Assembly: GCA_013239625.1 (NCBI GenBank) | Contig: MU053379.1 | Location: 2,028,866-2,092,865, forward strand | Source: Lama guanicoe | Lineage: Eukaryota | Direction: 5' to 3' | Length of the DNA: 64,000 nt | In this document: one piece after another, positions 61,815 to 64,000 of the stretch | Layout: the number at the start of each line of letters is the position of its first letter | How positions within the stretch are numbered: the first letter of the stretch is position 1 | The notes under the pieces: generated by a model | What the model was told of the DNA's origin: nothing | The model's database searches: none | The model's input: the letters and a program-made list of their open reading frames with translations, nothing else | Translations under genes and position numbers: made by a program

Positions 61815-63439
61815 AAAAAGAACACCTGAAATTGTAGCGCTTGGGCGTAGATGTGGGAGGGAGGTCTGCCCAAGTGACACCATTCTTGCCTTAGACTGAG
61901 ATTCTCGAGGGCGAAGGTTACGGGAGGGGAGGGTGGTAACCACAACCGCCCCCCTCCTCCTGTCTGGGGGCATTTCTCAGCCAAGGACAATAGCAGGATC
62001 AAGAGCCAGGCGCACATCTGAGACCCACACGGCAAAACTCTGATAGTTTGGTGGAATTATACTCACGAGCCCGAGGTTCCAGAGAAGCATCCTTCCCTCC
62101 CTGCCGCATCCAAGGGCCTGGCCCTGTGCCACGCGGGACAGACACACAGGAAGCAGGCGGCTGTGAATGAAGCAAACTGCCGCCAGTAACTTGAACTCGG
62201 ACCTCAGACTAGCTTCCCTGTGGGAGACAAAATGAGGAACAGGCAAGGGAGCGGAAGCGGGGAGGGAGGGAAGGGGGCTCCCTCCTCGTACCAGTTCCAA
62301 GGATGAAGGAGGAACAAGGTTTGGTGGGTGTATTCATGAGACCCAGGGGGAGAGAGACCACGTGGGATTCAAAAGCCACGGCTCGTCTGTTAGGCTTCGA
62401 GTGCTTACAGGGCTCAGAGCGGTGACGTGACGGAGGGCGGGAAGTGCACGGGGGGACATGAGACGTGGCTCGTTCGTGCAGGATGCTTATCACGCAGGTG
62501 GGGAGACAACACATTGTGTAAAGTCAGTAAACCCCCAGGAGCAGGTAGGAGTTAGTGAGCAGCTCAGACAGGAAGCGGGACCAATGCAACCCCGGAAGGA
62601 AGGACCCCCGGCATCCGTGCGGGTAGCAGGCAGGTCTGAACAGGCAGCTCCTGCCCTCAGAGATGCTGGCCCTGCCGTCAGCCAGCCTCGCATCCACCCT
62701 TGTTCAGAGTGGGCTCCCCTCTGCACAGATTTTTTTAATTAAGACCAGATAAAAGGCCTTCTTTTTTCTGACTCTTGCTTCCACGTGGAGTTGAAAGGAA
62801 CCCAACATCTCGGTCAGCCGCACTCCGGTTCCATCCTGGGAAAGGAGTGAGGCCATTGCCGGGTCCCTGAGAGGCAGGATTGGAGGTGCAGAGTCTGGGT
62901 CCCACTGCTTGGCCACCTCCCCCCAACCTCCAGTGTACCCCGAGGCCACCTGCACCCCCTGGAGCACACCCTGCAGCTGGTGTTCTCGGAGCCAGAACAA
63001 GATGCAGCTTGGGGGCTTGTACCGTTTCAGGCTCCAGAAAGAGACAAAGAACTGTTTAAGTTCCGTTTTCCCTTTTATTGATACATTGTGGACGCCCCAC
63101 AGGCATTAAGCTGAGCAAGAGCCTGGTGCAGAGACCTCGATGCTGTATGATTCGTTATGCGAAATTTCTGGAGAAGTCAAACCAAAGAAAGAGGATCAAT
63201 CGTCAACAGGGAACATGCCTCCAGGCAGATGCCTCTCACTCTGAATCTCTTTCACCAGGAAAAGCTCCCCTGTCTTGGTGAGACCCACCAAGAACAGTCT
63301 CGCTATCTGAAAGCCACCTGCTTGGAGCCCTTAATTATACTTGCAAATTCTGTTCTCAGCAGCAACTGTAGTAGTGTTTGAGTAACTCCCATCAGCGGCC
63401 ACCAGAGTTCTGTCTGCCACAGACCCCTGAATGCATCAT

Positions 63440-63760
63440 GGCACAGACAGAACCAAAGATGTTTCTCCTCACACGACATTCAGAGGTAGGTCAGGTCATT
63501 GCAGGTCAGGACAGTGGGGTTGGTCCAGTTTCACAGTCAGTCAAGGGCATGACCTCTTGGGGACTTTGCCATCTTTACATATGGCTTCCAAGACCTTCCT
63601 GAGCATGACAACAGCCAGCAGGAGGAAAGGACTTTATGGAGCAGGCCTGATGAGTGGGGCGCATCACTTCTGCTTGCTGACACTTGATCAGCTGGAGCTC
63701 AGTCACACGATGGCAGCTAACCACAAAAGATGCTGAGATGCACTGTCTTTAGCTGGGTCC
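63440..63760 (-). mobile_element. MaLR MLT1(K/L)-type LTR fragment
   Basis: gcatcacttctgcttgctgacacttgatcagctggagctcagtcacacgatggcagctaaccacaaaagatgctgagatg. Confidence 0.6.
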
Positions 63761-64000
63761 CACTTCCCGGTGGCATCTTTACAGCCTGGTTAGGAGAACA
63801 CCGGCTTTTGGTGGATGGCTAGACATTCCTCTGCCACAGTTGAGTTTTAGGGAAACAGTACAGAAGGAATCCATCCAAATGAGGGACACTGTCCTCAGGA
63901 TTTCAAGTGGGCATAACAGAACCAGTATCTCAGTTCTGACCAAAAGACAGACACTATTTTGAAAAACATCGACGTGGACATTACTCATAACTTCATGTCA

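Noticed and set aside
1..64000. tRNA, snRNA, snoRNA or rRNA genes, processed pseudogenes, further SLC24A3 exons, or a novel multi-gene system
   Set aside because: None recognised by eye. The next expected NCKX3 peptide (AIYMFYALAIVCDDFFVPSLEKICE) was not found. Infernal/Rfam and TBLASTN searches are needed to exclude these formally.

Overview
Mammalian (eutherian) genomic DNA, almost entirely intronic. The one credible coding feature is a 77-bp internal exon on the + strand (36822-36898). It encodes (A)LHEFPNDIFTNEDRRQGAVVLHVLC, which I recognise as SLC24A3 (NCKX3, K+-dependent Na+/Ca2+ exchanger), and has canonical splice sites. I found no other exon, so the window appears to lie within the two large introns flanking it. 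The rest is a normal eutherian repeat landscape: 5'-truncated L1 3' ends (several with visible target-site duplications), older L1M/L1MB/L1ME pieces, solo LTRs (ERV1, ERVL LTR16/33-like, MaLR MLT1-like), MER82 and MER3 DNA-transposon relics, MIR and L2 fragments, and short tandem duplications. The style of the younger L1 3' ends, and the absence of Alu, B1/B2, Bov-tA, PRE-1 or CHR-2 SINEs, suggest a cetartiodactyl, probably a camelid (inference). Repeat family names come from recalled consensus sequences, not a database search, and the boundaries of old repeats are approximate. I found no convincing previously undescribed biological system. The findings are modest, checkable observations.
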